DNA from: Azospirillum sp.
GTDB taxonomy: Bacteria; Pseudomonadota; Alphaproteobacteria; Azospirillales; Azospirillaceae
DNA: 64,000 nt
NCBI GenBank assembly: GCA_027486405.1
Contig: JAIXPD010000073.1
Coordinates: 33,580 to 97,579 of the forward strand
Direction: 5' to 3'
Shown: positions 1 to 14,803 of the stretch, piece after piece
Layout: every line of letters begins with the position of its first letter
Numbering within the stretch: position 1 is the first letter of the stretch
Notes under the pieces: generated by a model
What the model was told of the DNA's origin: nothing
Seen by the model: only the letters and a program-made list of their open reading frames with translations
The model's database searches: none
Position numbers and translations under genes: made by a program

Positions 1-78
1 CCCGACTGGTCCCAACTCGCCCGCCTGGCCGACGCGGTGCACGCGGCCTTCGCAGCGTTGGAACGGCATCTGTCATGA
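1..78 (+). CDS. 3' tail of hybrid histidine kinase (mirror of 31727-31804), cut by window edge
   Basis: Reverse complement of the last 78 nt of the 31727-34723 gene; TGA at 76-78. Confidence 0.85.
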   Translation, partial: PDWSQLARLADAVHAAFAALERHLS

Positions 79-1457
79 CCGCACCCGATCTCAAGCAGCG
101 CCGCCCCAACCGCCGCGACGCGCTGGCCTTGCTGGGGGCCGCCACCGCCCTGCCCGCCACCGCGATGGCGCAGGACGCCCCCACACCCGCCCCGCCGCTG
201 CCCCGCCTGGGCGAGGAGCTGACTCCCTTCGGCGCGATCAAGGCGGGCAACCGCACCCGCGTCATCCCGCCCTGGACCGGCGGCCTCATCAAGCCGCCGC
301 GTGGCTACACCCCCGGCCGCCACAGCCCCGATCCCTTCATCGAGGATGGCCGTTGGATCACTGTCGGCCCGGCGGATGTGGAGCGGTACAAAATCCGGCT
401 GTCCGCCGGGCTGCAAGCCTTGCTGGCAAAGTACCCGACCACCTTCGAAATCCCGGTCTTTCCCTGCCGCCGCAGCGCCGCCGCCCCGCAGCGGGTCTAT
501 GACGCCAGCCTGGAGAACGCGACCCGCGCCAATCTGGGGGAAAACGGGCTGGTCCTGTCCGGCGTGCGGGTGGGGGTTCCCTTTCCCATCCCGGCCAACG
601 GCGTTCAGGCGATGTGGAACCACCTGCTGCGCTGGCGCGGCACGGCGATCAGCCACACCAGCCAAACCGTGCTGCCCGGTGGCGACGGCAAATTCGCCGA
701 CCGGCTCCATCAGGAGGATTTCTCCTTCCCCTACGCCGCCGGAGAGGCGGGCACACCGCTGCTCTACCGCCGCACCACCCTGAAGCCCGACGATCAGGCG
801 GGGACCACGCTGCTGACGCAAGCGACCCTCAACCCGATCCAGGCGGGCTTTCGCGCCTGGCTGCGCACCGGGGAACGGGGCCGTGTCGTCCCGGCACCGG
901 ATTTCCTGTACGACACCAACGACCCGGCGACCGATGGCATCGCCACCGCCGACATGTTCGACATGTTCAGCGGCCCGCTCGACCGCTTCGACTTCACGCT
1001 GATTTCCCGGCGGGAGATGTATGTTCCCTACAACGCCTACCGCCTGAACACCCCCAGCCTCGCCCCCCACGAGTTCCTGTGGTACGGCCACCCCAACCCG
1101 CAGTTCCTGCGTTATGAGATGCACCGGGTGTGGATCGTGGACGCCCGGCTGAAGCCGAACTTCAACCACAAACTGCCCGACCGCACCTATTACCTGGACG
1201 AGGATTCCTGGCAGATCGTGATGGCCGAGCATTACAACGGCAAGGGCGAGTTGCAGCGCTACGCCGAAGCCCACAACGTCGCCCACTGGCAGGTTCCGGC
1301 CTTCGTTCCAGCCATCGAGTTTGTCTATGACCTGACCGGCGACCGTTACGCCGCGCGGGGCATCGACAATCTGCAACGCCCGCCGGTCTTCGACAAACCA
1401 CTGAAACCCGAGGCCTTCACCCCGGACTCCCTGATCCGTCGCGGCCGCCGCGACTGA
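75..1457 (+). CDS. DUF1329-family exported protein (mirror copy)
   Basis: Identical to 30348-31730. Confidence 0.75.
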   Translation: MTAPDLKQRRPNRRDALALLGAATALPATAMAQDAPTPAPPLPRLGEELTPFGAIKAGNRTRVIPPWTGGLIKPPRGYTPGRHSPDPFIEDGRWITVGPADVERYKIRLSAGLQALLAKYPTTFEIPVFPCRRSAAAPQRVYDASLENATRANLGENGLVLSGVRVGVPFPIPANGVQAMWNHLLRWRGTAISHTSQTVLPGGDGKFADRLHQEDFSFPYAAGEAGTPLLYRRTTLKPDDQAGTTLLTQATLNPIQAGFRAWLRTGERGRVVPAPDFLYDTNDPATDGIATADMFDMFSGPLDRFDFTLISRREMYVPYNAYRLNTPSLAPHEFLWYGHPNPQFLRYEMHRVWIVDARLKPNFNHKLPDRTYYLDEDSWQIVMAEHYNGKGELQRYAEAHNVAHWQVPAFVPAIEFVYDLTGDRYAARGIDNLQRPPVFDKPLKPEAFTPDSLIRRGRRD

Positions 1458-1510
1458 AGCCGCCGTGACCAAGCGGCACTGGCCTGAACGCCGCCGTTCA
1501 GGCCGCACTC

Positions 1511-2335
1511 TCAGGCCGCCGTCTGCTCAAGCTTGCGCGCGCGGCGGTCCACCAGCCACCAAGCCCCGCGCGAGGCAACCGCGCTCAGGCGGGAATGCGG
1601 CTTCAACCCACAGGCCTTGAACACCATGGAGACCGCCCGGTCGATGTGCTTGGGCTGGTAACGGCCATAGGCGCGCCGCATGTAGGCGGCGTTGCAGCGG
1701 GCATGGTCATAGGCCGCGTCCGGGGCCTCGTTGGCGGCGAAATAGGCGTAGGCGAGTTCGTCGTCTTCGGATTCGCCGATGCGCGACAAGGCCACCTTCA
1801 GGCGCTGGAAGGTGCTCAACTCCTCCAAATCGCGGTATTTCTTGGAGTAGTCGTAGAAAATCTTGTAGTGGCGCAGCTCATCCGCCGCGATCCGGCGGCA
1901 AATCTCCCGCAACAGCGGTTCTTCGGTCGAATCGCCGATGGCCGTGTAGTAGGAGCTGGTTCCGGTCTCGACGATGCAGCGGGCGATCATCTCGCCGGTG
2001 CGCGAACCACGCACCGAGGCGTCCAGATCGATCGGCACGCGGTAGCCCGCGCGGAAGCGCGCCACCGCCCCATCAAAATCAAAGGACGGGTCGGCCAGCG
2101 TCGCCCAACGGCCCAGCGCCGCGCCATGCTGGACCTCCTCGTCGGCCCAACCGCGCGCGACGGCCTGGAAGTCAGGGTCGTCGCTGAAAACGTTGCAGAG
2201 ATAAGCGGTGTAGTCGTGGGCGTTGTACTCCACCAGGGCCGCCGCCTTGATGAGCGGAACCAGATCGGAGTCCACCTTGCTGGGATCAAACCCATCCCAG
2301 GGGAGATCCTCCAACCGCCAATGCCCGCGCGCCAT
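1511..2335 (-). CDS. Ferritin-like di-iron protein (mirror copy)
   Basis: Identical to 29470-30294. Confidence 0.75.
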   Translation of the reverse strand: MARGHWRLEDLPWDGFDPSKVDSDLVPLIKAAALVEYNAHDYTAYLCNVFSDDPDFQAVARGWADEEVQHGAALGRWATLADPSFDFDGAVARFRAGYRVPIDLDASVRGSRTGEMIARCIVETGTSSYYTAIGDSTEEPLLREICRRIAADELRHYKIFYDYSKKYRDLEELSTFQRLKVALSRIGESEDDELAYAYFAANEAPDAAYDHARCNAAYMRRAYGRYQPKHIDRAVSMVFKACGLKPHSRLSAVASRGAWWLVDRRARKLEQTAA

Positions 2336-2515
2336 GATCCGTTTCTCCTTCACCACCCGATTGGGGATGGCCTGATCGAACATTTGGGACCGGAACCACG
2401 CACGGCCTGATCCATCCGACCGTTGAATGTAATCACACTTTTTGGCGTTGCAACAGAAACGGGCGGCTCGGATGACCGAACCGCCCGTTCTTTTTCACAC
2501 GATCGCGACCGAGGG

Positions 2516-2935
2516 TCAGTGGGCGGCACCCGGCGTCGCCAGCGCGTCCAGCTTGGCCTGCGCGACGGCCAGCTTCGCTTCGACGGCGGCCTTGTCGGCG
2601 TCCGACGCGGCGTCGCTCAGATCCTCCGACAGGTCCTTGATCGCCTTTTCCACCGCCGCGCGGTCGATGGCCGACAGCGCTTGCGCCTCTTCGGCCAGAA
2701 CGGTGCAGCGGGTCCCGGTCACTTCGGCGAAGCCGCCCGCGACAAAGACGCGATCAACAACCCGGTCGCCCTCATACACCTCGATGACGCCCGGACGGAC
2801 CGTCGCGATCATCGGCGCATGGCCCGCCAGCACGCCGAAATCGCCTTCCGCCCCCGGCACCACGACCATGTCCACCGGAAGCGACTTCAGCAGCTTTTCC
2901 GGCGAGACCAGCTCGAATTCGACTTTGTCGGCCAT
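2516..2935 (-). CDS. atpC: F1 ATP synthase epsilon (mirror copy)
   Basis: Identical to 28870-29289. Confidence 0.93.
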   Translation of the reverse strand: MADKVEFELVSPEKLLKSLPVDMVVVPGAEGDFGVLAGHAPMIATVRPGVIEVYEGDRVVDRVFVAGGFAEVTGTRCTVLAEEAQALSAIDRAAVEKAIKDLSEDLSDAASDADKAAVEAKLAVAQAKLDALATPGAAH

Positions 2936-3046
2936 GGGTTCCCTGGTGCCTCTTTGTAAGCGCCCACCCCGTCCGAACGGGACAGGGTGGGCGAACCGTT
3001 TTCCAACCAGACCACGATCCGCCCCGGAACCGGGGCGGGATCAGGA

Positions 3047-4540
<1,494 letters not shown>

Positions 4541-4557
4541 CTACGCGGGATGCCGCC

Positions 4558-5442
4558 TTAGAGAGCCTCGGCACCGGAGATGATTTCGATCAGCTCCTTG
4601 GTGATGTAGGCTTGGCGCGTCCGGTTGTAGGTGATCGTCAGCTTGTTGATCATGTCGCCCGCGTTGCGCGTCGCGTTGTCCATCGCGGTCATCCGCGCGC
4701 CCTGTTCGGACGCGGCGCTTTCCAGAAGCGCACGGTAGACCTGGATCGACAGGTTGCGCGGCAGCAGTTCGGCAAGGATCTGCTCTTCGTCCGGCTCGAA
4801 CTCGTACACCGCCTTCACCTCGTCCGCCGGGGCGGCGTCCGTTTCCGGAACGGCGAAGGGGATGAGTTGCTGCACGGTGACGATCTGCGAGATCGCCGAC
4901 TTGAACTTGTTGAAGATGATCGTGCAGACGTCGAACTCGCCCGCGTCGAACATCGTCAGGACCTTCTGCGACACCATGTCGGCGTCGGCGAAGGACAGGC
5001 GGCGGCGACCCACATCCTCATACCCATGCACCATCAGCGCCCCGAATTCGCGGCGCAGCTGGTCGCGGGCCTTGCGGCCAACGGTGAGGAGCTTGACGGT
5101 CTTGCCTTCGCCCTGCAGGCGGGTGATCTGGCGCTTGGCCTCGCGGACGATGGAGCCGTTGAAGGCACCGCACAGACCACGATCCGAGCTGACGATGACG
5201 ACCAAGTGAACCGAATCGGAACCCGTTCCGGTCATCAGCTTCGGCCCGTTGCCGCTGCCCTGCACGTTGGCCGCCAGCGACGCGAGCATACGGCCCATGC
5301 GCTCGGCATAGGGGCCGCTGGCTTGCGCCTGTTCCTGCGCACGGCGCAGCTTGGAGGCCGCGACCATCTTCATGGCCGAGGTGATCTTCCGCGTCGATTG
5401 GACGCTCGAGATCCGGTTCTTTAGGTCCTTGAGGTTAGGCAT
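4558..5442 (-). CDS. atpG: F1 ATP synthase gamma (mirror copy)
   Basis: Identical to 26363-27247. Confidence 0.96.
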   Translation of the reverse strand: MPNLKDLKNRISSVQSTRKITSAMKMVAASKLRRAQEQAQASGPYAERMGRMLASLAANVQGSGNGPKLMTGTGSDSVHLVVIVSSDRGLCGAFNGSIVREAKRQITRLQGEGKTVKLLTVGRKARDQLRREFGALMVHGYEDVGRRRLSFADADMVSQKVLTMFDAGEFDVCTIIFNKFKSAISQIVTVQQLIPFAVPETDAAPADEVKAVYEFEPDEEQILAELLPRNLSIQVYRALLESAASEQGARMTAMDNATRNAGDMINKLTITYNRTRQAYITKELIEIISGAEAL

Positions 5443-5527
5443 GCCGGCCCTTCATTCCGCTCGAGGTCGTTCCGTGTCCGTCAGGGATGACGGCTGAGGG
5501 GGCGGTTGCCCGCCCCCACACGGTCGG

Positions 5528-7056
<1,529 letters not shown>

Positions 7057-7057
<1 letters not shown>

Positions 7058-7626
7058 CAGACTGATCCCCCTGAGGCCTTCATGGCGAGTTGCAATTTGT
7101 TCAGCTTCGTGCGCACCGAGGTATCGACCATGCGCGAGCCGAACTTAACGATCATGCCGCCGATCAATTCGGGATCGACGGAGGTGTTGACCAAGACATT
7201 GGCCCCGATGGACGCCTTGAGCGCGTCGATCACGGCCTGACGCTGCGCGTCGCTCAACGGCTGGGCCGAGGTGACGGAGGCCGTCACTTCGCCACGGCGC
7301 TTCGCCAGCATGGCCAGGAAACCGTCGATCATGCCGCCGATCGCGAACAAACGCCGGTTCGTCGCGGCCAGCCCGACAAAGCGCTTGGTCAGATCGGACA
7401 CGCCCGCGCTGTCCAGCACGGCGGCCATCGCCCGCGCCTGATCGGCGCGGCTGATGACCGGGCTGCGGACGAGGCGACGCAGGTCAGCGCTCTCGGCCAG
7501 GATCTGCTTCAGCGTGGCCAGATCGCTCGCGACCGTGTCCAACGCCTGATTTTCGTCCGCAAGCTCGAACAGCGCGGTGGAGTAGCGCGCAGCGAGTTCG
7601 GAAACGCCTGTTCCTTCGGATGCCAC
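7057..7626 (-). CDS. atpH: F1 ATP synthase delta (mirror copy)
   Basis: Identical to 24179-24748. Confidence 0.93.
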
Positions 7627-8058
7627 CTGATCCCTCGAATTGAGTTCGGTAGACGGTGAATTCAGCGGCCTTAAAGGGCGTCAACCCGAGGCACAAACAC
7701 CCCAGCCGCGAAAGCGAGCGGTCCAATATCACAGCTTCCGCCACCACGCAACGGGGTCTGGACAATTTGGCTGCGGCGTTTTGAGCAACTGCGGAATCGC
7801 CGCTGCGGCTGGGGGAAATCGGCGGTCACTGGTCATACCGGACGCCGCGTCCGGCGCGGCCGGATCGGGCTTTTCCGACCGATTCCGGTGACTTGCCCGG
7901 CGCGCGCCGACCAGCGCGGCCCAGAGCGGACCGCCGCCGCCCCAACGGTCCTGCTGCGTCGCAACATGCCCCGCTCACGCGCCACGCGGCTTGCGGCGAT
8001 CCCGCACCCGCGAAACCGGGCCTCCCGGCCACGCTTTTGACAGCGAGTCGCACCGCCG

Positions 8059-8562
8059 TCAGCGGTACACCCCGACCGCCAGCGTGTGATCCTGGCCGTT
8101 CAGCACCAGACGCCGGGCGTGCAGCGTTTTGCGGGTGATCTGGCCCGACAGCGGGTCCAGCCATTGATAGGTGACGTCCGCCCGCCCCTGCTGCGCCACC
8201 CTGTCCAGCACCTCGCGGATGAAGGGCTTGCCGGTCACGTCGCGCAGGTCGGACAGGTTCGATCCGTTCAGGGACGGGGTCCAGCCATGGGCCAGCATCA
8301 CCCCGTTGCGGTCCAGCACCATCGGGTACAGATCCCGGTCGATGAAGGGGCCGGTCCGGCTGGCGAAGGCCCCGACCGCCGCCGCCACGCCGTCCTGCCG
8401 CAGAAAGGCTTCGGCCCGGTCCATCATCGCCAGCGCTTCCGCGTCGGTCCCACGGGTGCGCGCGGGCGCGCCCGCCGCCAGCGCGATGATGAGCAGCAGC
8501 AGCAGCACGGGCAGAACCGTCAGCAGCGTGTGGCGATGGAATTGGCGAGACAGCCAGTGCAT
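8059..8562 (-). CDS. Stand-alone Cache-domain protein (mirror copy)
   Basis: Identical to 23243-23746. Confidence 0.7.
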   Translation of the reverse strand: MHWLSRQFHRHTLLTVLPVLLLLLIIALAAGAPARTRGTDAEALAMMDRAEAFLRQDGVAAAVGAFASRTGPFIDRDLYPMVLDRNGVMLAHGWTPSLNGSNLSDLRDVTGKPFIREVLDRVAQQGRADVTYQWLDPLSGQITRKTLHARRLVLNGQDHTLAVGVYR

Positions 8563-8728
8563 CAGACGATCCGGAGATGAGCGCGCGCCCACGCGGGGCA
8601 GGCCTCGTGTGGCAAGCTTGTGTGGTAGTACCATGCTGGATCGGCGCGCAACGGATCAATCGTCACAGGTGCCATGCTGGCGCGAACCGGACAATTCGCC
8701 GCAGCCCTGTCGACCAATTGTTTCGCAT

Positions 8729-10969
8729 TTACAGAAAACTGTAGGGATCGACGTCGATCTGCACCCGGATGGCGGGCGGAATCTCCACCCGCTCCAACCA
8801 GGCGGCGATCAGCGGCTGCACCTGGGTCGCGCGCGGGGCCTTCAGCAGCAGGCGGCGGCGGTGCCGTCCGCGCAGCAACGCCAGCGGGGCCGGGGCCGGA
8901 CCCAGCACATGCACGGTGTCGTCGCGCGGGGCCGCCCGCCCCAGCGCCAGCGCCACCCGGTCCACCAGCGTCGGATCCTCGCCCGACACGATCAGCGCGG
9001 CCAGACGGCCAAAGGGCGGCATCCCGGCGTCCTGCCGCATCTCCGCCTCCAACTGATAGAAGCCGTCGCGGTCCCCAGCGGCCAGCGCCTGCATCACCGG
9101 GTGTTCGGGCATGAAGGTTTGCAGCATGACCGTGCCGGGCCGCTCGCCCCGTCCCGCTCGCCCCGCCACCTGATGCAGCAATTGATAGGTGCGTTCCGCC
9201 GCCCGCAGGTCGCCGCCGTTCAGCCCCAGATCGGCGTCCACCACCCCAACCAGGGTCAGCATGGGAAAATGGTGGCCCTTGGCCATCACCTGGGTGCCGA
9301 TGATGAGGTCCAGCTCATGGTCGCTGATCTTGCGCACCATCTCCTGAATGGCGCGCGGGCCGAACAGGGTGTCGGACGCCATGATGGCGGCGCGGGCGTC
9401 GGGGAACAGCTCGGCCACCTCCTCGGCGATGCGCTCCACGCCGGGGCCGCAGGCGGCCATGGTCCCTTCCTCCCCGCATTCCGGGCAGGCCGGGGGCAAG
9501 GGCTGTTGCAGGCCGCAATGGTGGCATTGGAGCTTGCGGGCCAGTCGGTGTTCGACCAGCCACGCCGTGCAGTTCGGGCATTGCATCCGGTGGCCGCAGG
9601 CCCGGCACAGGGTGAGCGGGGCGTAGCCGCGCCGGTTCAGGAACAGCATCGCCTGTTCCCCCGCCGCCAGCGTGTCGGCCAGAGCCTGGCGCAGGCTGGG
9701 GGCGAGCCAATGGCGGGCGGGCGGGCGGTCGCGCCGCAGATCGACCAACGCCACCTCCGGCAACTGCGCCCCGCCGTGGCGGGAGGGCAGCGCGATCCGG
9801 GTGTAGCGCCCGCTGTCGGCGTTCACCTTGGTTTCCAGCGACGGGGTGGCCGACACCAGCACGATGGGCAGCCCGCCCAGATGGGCGCGGGCAACCGCCA
9901 TGTCGCGGGCGTGGTAGATCGCCCCCTCCTCCTGCTTGTAGGCGGAATCATGCTCCTCATCGACGATGATGACGCCCAGATCGGGGTAAGGCAGGAACAG
10001 GGCGGACCGCGCGCCGACGACGACCGGGACCTCGCCCTTGGCCACCGCCCGCCAGGTGTCGCGGCGCTGCGACCCGGTCAATTCCGAATGCCATTCGGCC
10101 GGGGTCGCGCCGAAACGCCGGGCGAAACGGTCGAGCCACTGCGCCGACAGGGCGATTTCCGGCAGCAGGATCAAGGCCTGCTTGCCCTGCTCCAGCGCGG
10201 CGGCGATGGCCTCGTAATAAACCTCCGTCTTGCCCGATCCGGTCACGCCGTCCAGCAGCACGGTGGTGTAACCGCCCGCCCGCACCCGCTGGCGCAGATC
10301 GTCCGCCGCCGTCGCCTGATGGTCGGACAGGGTCGGGCCGGGCCGGGTCCAGTCGGGCCGCCCGCCGGGCGGCAACGGCGGCAACAGCAGCGGCTCCAGC
10401 AACCCGGCCTCGGCCAGCCCGCGCACCACGGTCACGCCGCAGCCCGCCTCCTCCGCCAGTTCGCCGGGCGTGCGCGGCGGGCCATCCTCCAGCAGCGCCA
10501 GCACGCGGCGTCGGGCGTCGGTCATCTTGAAGCCGGGCGGGGCCGGCGCGTCGGGCCGCCGCCGATAGGCCAGCGTTTCGCGCGGCGGTTCCAGCGCGGC
10601 GGGGACGCTCATCGCCATGCGCAGGACGAAGCCGGGCAAGGTCATGGTGTAGGCCGCCACCCATTCGACGAAGCGCCGGGCCACCACGGTCATCGGCGGC
10701 ACATCGAACCGGCGGACCACGGGCTTGAGCCGCCGCGCCTCCACCACCCCCGCGCCCGGCCCCCAGACCACGCCGATCACCCGGCGCGGCCCCAACGGCA
10801 CCTCGACAAAATCGCCGGGGTTGAGCGTCATCCCATCGGGCACGCCATAGTCGTAGGCCTCGCGCAATGGCAGCGGCAGCAGCACGGCGACGCGCGCCTC
10901 CCCCCCCAGAAGATCGCCTTGCGGATCCCCGGAATCGGACGGGCGGGAACTGGCGGAAGCCTCACGCAT
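8729..10969 (-). CDS. priA: Primosomal protein N' (mirror copy)
   Basis: Identical to 20836-23076. Confidence 0.95.
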   Translation of the reverse strand: MREASASSRPSDSGDPQGDLLGGEARVAVLLPLPLREAYDYGVPDGMTLNPGDFVEVPLGPRRVIGVVWGPGAGVVEARRLKPVVRRFDVPPMTVVARRFVEWVAAYTMTLPGFVLRMAMSVPAALEPPRETLAYRRRPDAPAPPGFKMTDARRRVLALLEDGPPRTPGELAEEAGCGVTVVRGLAEAGLLEPLLLPPLPPGGRPDWTRPGPTLSDHQATAADDLRQRVRAGGYTTVLLDGVTGSGKTEVYYEAIAAALEQGKQALILLPEIALSAQWLDRFARRFGATPAEWHSELTGSQRRDTWRAVAKGEVPVVVGARSALFLPYPDLGVIIVDEEHDSAYKQEEGAIYHARDMAVARAHLGGLPIVLVSATPSLETKVNADSGRYTRIALPSRHGGAQLPEVALVDLRRDRPPARHWLAPSLRQALADTLAAGEQAMLFLNRRGYAPLTLCRACGHRMQCPNCTAWLVEHRLARKLQCHHCGLQQPLPPACPECGEEGTMAACGPGVERIAEEVAELFPDARAAIMASDTLFGPRAIQEMVRKISDHELDLIIGTQVMAKGHHFPMLTLVGVVDADLGLNGGDLRAAERTYQLLHQVAGRAGRGERPGTVMLQTFMPEHPVMQALAAGDRDGFYQLEAEMRQDAGMPPFGRLAALIVSGEDPTLVDRVALALGRAAPRDDTVHVLGPAPAPLALLRGRHRRRLLLKAPRATQVQPLIAAWLERVEIPPAIRVQIDVDPYSFL

Positions 10970-11072
10970 GGGCTAAAGTGAGGCAACGTCCCAAGCGCGG
11001 CTCGGGATGGGCCATCGGCGCGCCGCCGGTGAGGCCGACCCGGTCATTTTCTGAAAGCATGGATCCTTCGTC

Positions 11073-11729
11073 ATGAAGTTCTTCGTTGACACCGCCGACA
11101 TCGCCGAAATCCGTGATCTGGCCGATTCCGGTCTGCTCGACGGTGTGACCACCAACCCCTCCCTGATCGCCAAGAGCGGCCGCCAGTTCCTCGATCTGGT
11201 CGCCGAAATCTGCGACGTGGTCAATGGCCCGGTCAGCGCCGAGGTGGCCTCGACCGATTTCGAGACCATGTTGCAGGAAGCGCAGAAGATCGCCAAGATC
11301 TCCCACCGCGTCGCGGTGAAGGTGCCGCTCACCCCCGCCGGCCTGAAGGTCTGCAAGATCATGTCGTCGCAGGGGACGATGGTCAACGTCACGCTGTGCT
11401 TCTCCCCGGCGCAAGCGATCCTGGCCGCCAAGGCCGGTGCCAGCTTCGTGTCGCCCTTCGTCGGCCGCCTGGACGACATCGGGCAGGATGGCATGGGCCT
11501 GATCACCGAGATCTGCGAGATCTACAAGAACTACGAGCATTTCAAGACCGAGGTGCTGGTCGCCTCCATCCGCAACCCGATCCACATCGTCAAGGCCGCC
11601 CGCCTGGGCGCGCATGTGGTCACGGCCCCGGCGTCGGTGCTCAAGCAGCTCTTCAACCACCCGCTGACCGACAAGGGCCTGGCCCAATTCGTCGCCGATT
11701 GGCAGAAGACCGGTCAATCCATCCTCTGA
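11073..11729 (+). CDS. tal: Transaldolase/FSA family (mirror copy)
   Basis: Identical to 20076-20732. Confidence 0.88.
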   Translation: MKFFVDTADIAEIRDLADSGLLDGVTTNPSLIAKSGRQFLDLVAEICDVVNGPVSAEVASTDFETMLQEAQKIAKISHRVAVKVPLTPAGLKVCKIMSSQGTMVNVTLCFSPAQAILAAKAGASFVSPFVGRLDDIGQDGMGLITEICEIYKNYEHFKTEVLVASIRNPIHIVKAARLGAHVVTAPASVLKQLFNHPLTDKGLAQFVADWQKTGQSIL

Positions 11730-11750
11730 TCCGGTGACAGGACGACGCCC

Positions 11751-12464
11751 ATGGGCCGGGAAACGGGACACCCCCAACGACCGACGCACGCCGTCTCTTG
11801 CGACGACGTCCGCGCCTATCTGCGGGGGCACCCGGATTTCCTGGTCCAGAACGCCGATCTGGTTCCCCACCTGACCCCGCCCTCGATCGATCGCGGGCGG
11901 GGCGTGGTGGATTTGCAGATGTTCATGGTGGACCGCCTGCGCGGCGACCTGCGGCGGTTGAAGGACCAGAACCGCGAGTTGCTCGGGTCCAGCCGGGCCA
12001 ACCTGAACAGCCAGAACCGCATCCACGCCGCCGTGCTCTATCTGCTCGACGCCCAGAGCTTCGAAGAGTTGATCCACACCATCACCAACGATCTGGCGGT
12101 GCTGCTGGATCTGGACGTCGCCTGTCTGGTGGTGGAATCCAACGGCAGCGACATTCCCCACGTCCAGACCTCCGGCGTGCGGGTGGTGGTGGCGGGGACG
12201 GTGGCCGATCTGCTGGGGCACGCCGACGTCGCCCTGAACACCGACATCACCGGCGATCCGCTGCTCTACGGCCACGCCGCCGCGATGGTGCGGTCCGAAG
12301 CGCTGGTCCGCATCCAGGTGTCGAGCGAAACGCCCGACGGGCTGCTCGCCTTTGGCAGCCGCGATCCCAACACCTTTCAACAGGGGCAAGGCACCGATCT
12401 GGTCGGTTTCCTGGCCCGCGTGATCGAACGCGTCATCCGGGGCTGGCTGGAACTGCCCGCATGA
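11751..12464 (+). CDS. DUF484-family protein (mirror copy)
   Basis: Identical to 19341-20054. Confidence 0.8.
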   Translation: MGRETGHPQRPTHAVSCDDVRAYLRGHPDFLVQNADLVPHLTPPSIDRGRGVVDLQMFMVDRLRGDLRRLKDQNRELLGSSRANLNSQNRIHAAVLYLLDAQSFEELIHTITNDLAVLLDLDVACLVVESNGSDIPHVQTSGVRVVVAGTVADLLGHADVALNTDITGDPLLYGHAAAMVRSEALVRIQVSSETPDGLLAFGSRDPNTFQQGQGTDLVGFLARVIERVIRGWLELPA

Positions 12465-13411
12465 CTCAACCGGTTCTCGGTTTTTCCGCCCAGCCCGACG
12501 TTCAGGACGCGCTGGACCATTGGCGGCGTTGGATGACGAGCGAGCGGACGCTCTCCCCCCACACCCGCGCGGCCTACAGCGCCGATGTGGCGGAGTTCCT
12601 GGTCTTCCTCACCGGCTATCGCGGCGGGCAACCGCCCAATCTGAACGATCTGTCGGAATTGAAGGCGGCGGATTTCCGCGCCTGGATGTCGCGCCTGTCG
12701 ATGGATGGCCTGATCGGGGCGAGCCGGGCGCGCAAGCTGGCGGCGCTGCGCAACCTGTTCCGCTGGTTCGACCGCAGCGGGCGGCTGCACAACCCGGCCA
12801 TCGCCAGCCTTGCCACGCCAAAGGTCAAGCGCCCCCTGCCCCGCCCGCTGACGGAGATCGACACCGACCGCCTGCTGGAGGAAAGCGAACAGGAGCGCGA
12901 AGACGTCTGGGTCGGCAAGCGCGACCGCGCGCTCTACACCCTGCTCTATGGCTGCGGCCTGCGCATTTCCGAGGCGCTGGGGCTGGCGCGCAAGGAGGCA
13001 CCGCTGTCCGACACCCTGCGCGTCACCGGCAAGGGCCGCAAGGAGCGGATGATCCCAGTGCTGCCCGCCGTCAGCGACGCGGTGCGCGCCTATCTCGACG
13101 CCTGCCCCTTCACCCTGCCGCCGGATGGGCCGCTGTTCGTCGGCGCGCGCGGCGGCCGGTTGCAGGCCAGCGTCGCCCAATTGCAGATGCGCAAGCTGCG
13201 CGCCCTGATCGGCCTGCCCGACAGCGCCACCCCGCACGCCCTGCGCCACAGCTTCGCCACCCATCTGCTGGCCGACGGCGGCGATCTGCGCGCGATTCAG
13301 GATTTGCTCGGCCACGCCTCGCTGTCCACCACGGCGCGCTACACCGATCTGGAAAACGAACAGTTGATGAGCGTCTACCGGTCCGCCCACCCACGGGCGC
13401 GCAAGGGCTGA
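12461..13411 (+). CDS. xerC: Tyrosine recombinase XerC (mirror copy)
   Basis: Identical to 18394-19344. Confidence 0.88.
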   Translation: MTQPVLGFSAQPDVQDALDHWRRWMTSERTLSPHTRAAYSADVAEFLVFLTGYRGGQPPNLNDLSELKAADFRAWMSRLSMDGLIGASRARKLAALRNLFRWFDRSGRLHNPAIASLATPKVKRPLPRPLTEIDTDRLLEESEQEREDVWVGKRDRALYTLLYGCGLRISEALGLARKEAPLSDTLRVTGKGRKERMIPVLPAVSDAVRAYLDACPFTLPPDGPLFVGARGGRLQASVAQLQMRKLRALIGLPDSATPHALRHSFATHLLADGGDLRAIQDLLGHASLSTTARYTDLENEQLMSVYRSAHPRARKG

Positions 13412-13591
13412 CCACGCCATTCCCTATAGGTTATGGCGTTTTCCGCAAGGCTGATCCCCACCCAGCGCACGCGCCGTTGACGCGCCATTCACCAACGCGA
13501 CCATCGCCATTCACCCGGACAGCGGACTGTTCCCATCGCCAACAATAACGAGCGGCGCAGCAACCGCGCCGCAGGGCATGGAGATCACCAC

Positions 13592-14662
13592 GTGTCGATG
13601 ACCACATTCGCCAGCGCGCTCGCCGTCTGCACCGCCTTGCTGACCAGCGCCGCCGCCTTTGCCCAAGACAAGCTGCCCAACGTCACCATCCTCGCCACCG
13701 GCGGGACCATCGCCGGGACGGGTGCGACCAGCACGACCACCGTCGGCTACACCGCCGCCAAGGTCGGCGTGGAACGCCTGATCGAAGCGGTGCCGGAGCT
13801 GAAGAAGGTCGCCAACGTCAAGGGCGAGCAGGTCTTCCAGATCGCCAGCGAAAACATGACCAACGAGCATTGGCTGACGCTGGCCAAGCGCGTGAACACG
13901 CTGCTGGCCCAGCCGGACGTCGATGGCATCGTCATCACCCACGGCACCGACACCATCGAAGAGACCGCCTATTTCCTGAACCTGACGGTCAAGAGCACCA
14001 AGCCGGTGGTGATCGTCGGCGCGATGCGCCCGTCCACCGCCATCAGCGCCGACGGCCCGATCAACCTCTACAACGCCGTCACCCTGGCGGGCAGCAAGGA
14101 CGCTGTCGGCAAGGGCGTTCTGGTGTCGCTGAACGACCAGATCAACGCCGGTCGCGACGTGACCAAGGCCAACACCTCCACCGCCGACACCTTCCGCACG
14201 CCGGAACTCGGCTTCCTCGGCTACATGCAGGACAACAAGCCGCATTTCTACCGGCAGGTCATCCGCAAGCACACCGCCGAGACGGAGTTCGACATCAGCA
14301 AGCTCGACAGCCTGCCGCAGGTTGACATCGTCTATGGCTACGCCAACAACAACCGCATCGCGCTGGACGCCTTCGTGAAGGCCGGGGCCAAGGGCATCAT
14401 CCACGCCGGTGTCGGCGACGGCAGCCTGTCCAACGCGATGAAGCCGGGCTTGGTCGAGGCCCGCAAGGCCGGTGTCCTGATCGTCCGCTCGTCCCGCGTC
14501 GGCAACGGCATCGTCGCCCGCAACGGCGAAGCCAACGACGACGAGCTGGATTTCGTGGTCAGCGACACCCTGAACGCCCAAAAGGCCCGCATCCTGCTGA
14601 TGCTCGCCCTGACCAAGACCACCGACAGCAAGGCGATCCAGAAGCTGTTCTACACGTATTGA
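13592..14662 (+). CDS. ansB: Type II L-asparaginase (mirror copy)
   Basis: Identical to 17143-18213. Confidence 0.88.
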   Translation: MSMTTFASALAVCTALLTSAAAFAQDKLPNVTILATGGTIAGTGATSTTTVGYTAAKVGVERLIEAVPELKKVANVKGEQVFQIASENMTNEHWLTLAKRVNTLLAQPDVDGIVITHGTDTIEETAYFLNLTVKSTKPVVIVGAMRPSTAISADGPINLYNAVTLAGSKDAVGKGVLVSLNDQINAGRDVTKANTSTADTFRTPELGFLGYMQDNKPHFYRQVIRKHTAETEFDISKLDSLPQVDIVYGYANNNRIALDAFVKAGAKGIIHAGVGDGSLSNAMKPGLVEARKAGVLIVRSSRVGNGIVARNGEANDDELDFVVSDTLNAQKARILLMLALTKTTDSKAIQKLFYTY

Positions 14663-14803
14663 TTGGTTTGCCGACGGATCGGTTGATCCTCGGATAATGC
14701 CGGGCGAGCGCGGCGGGGAACCACCGGCTCGCCCGGTGTTGTTTTGGGTGTGCGAGGGTGGGGTTTGACACAGATGAACACAGATAGACACAGATGGATT
14801 TAG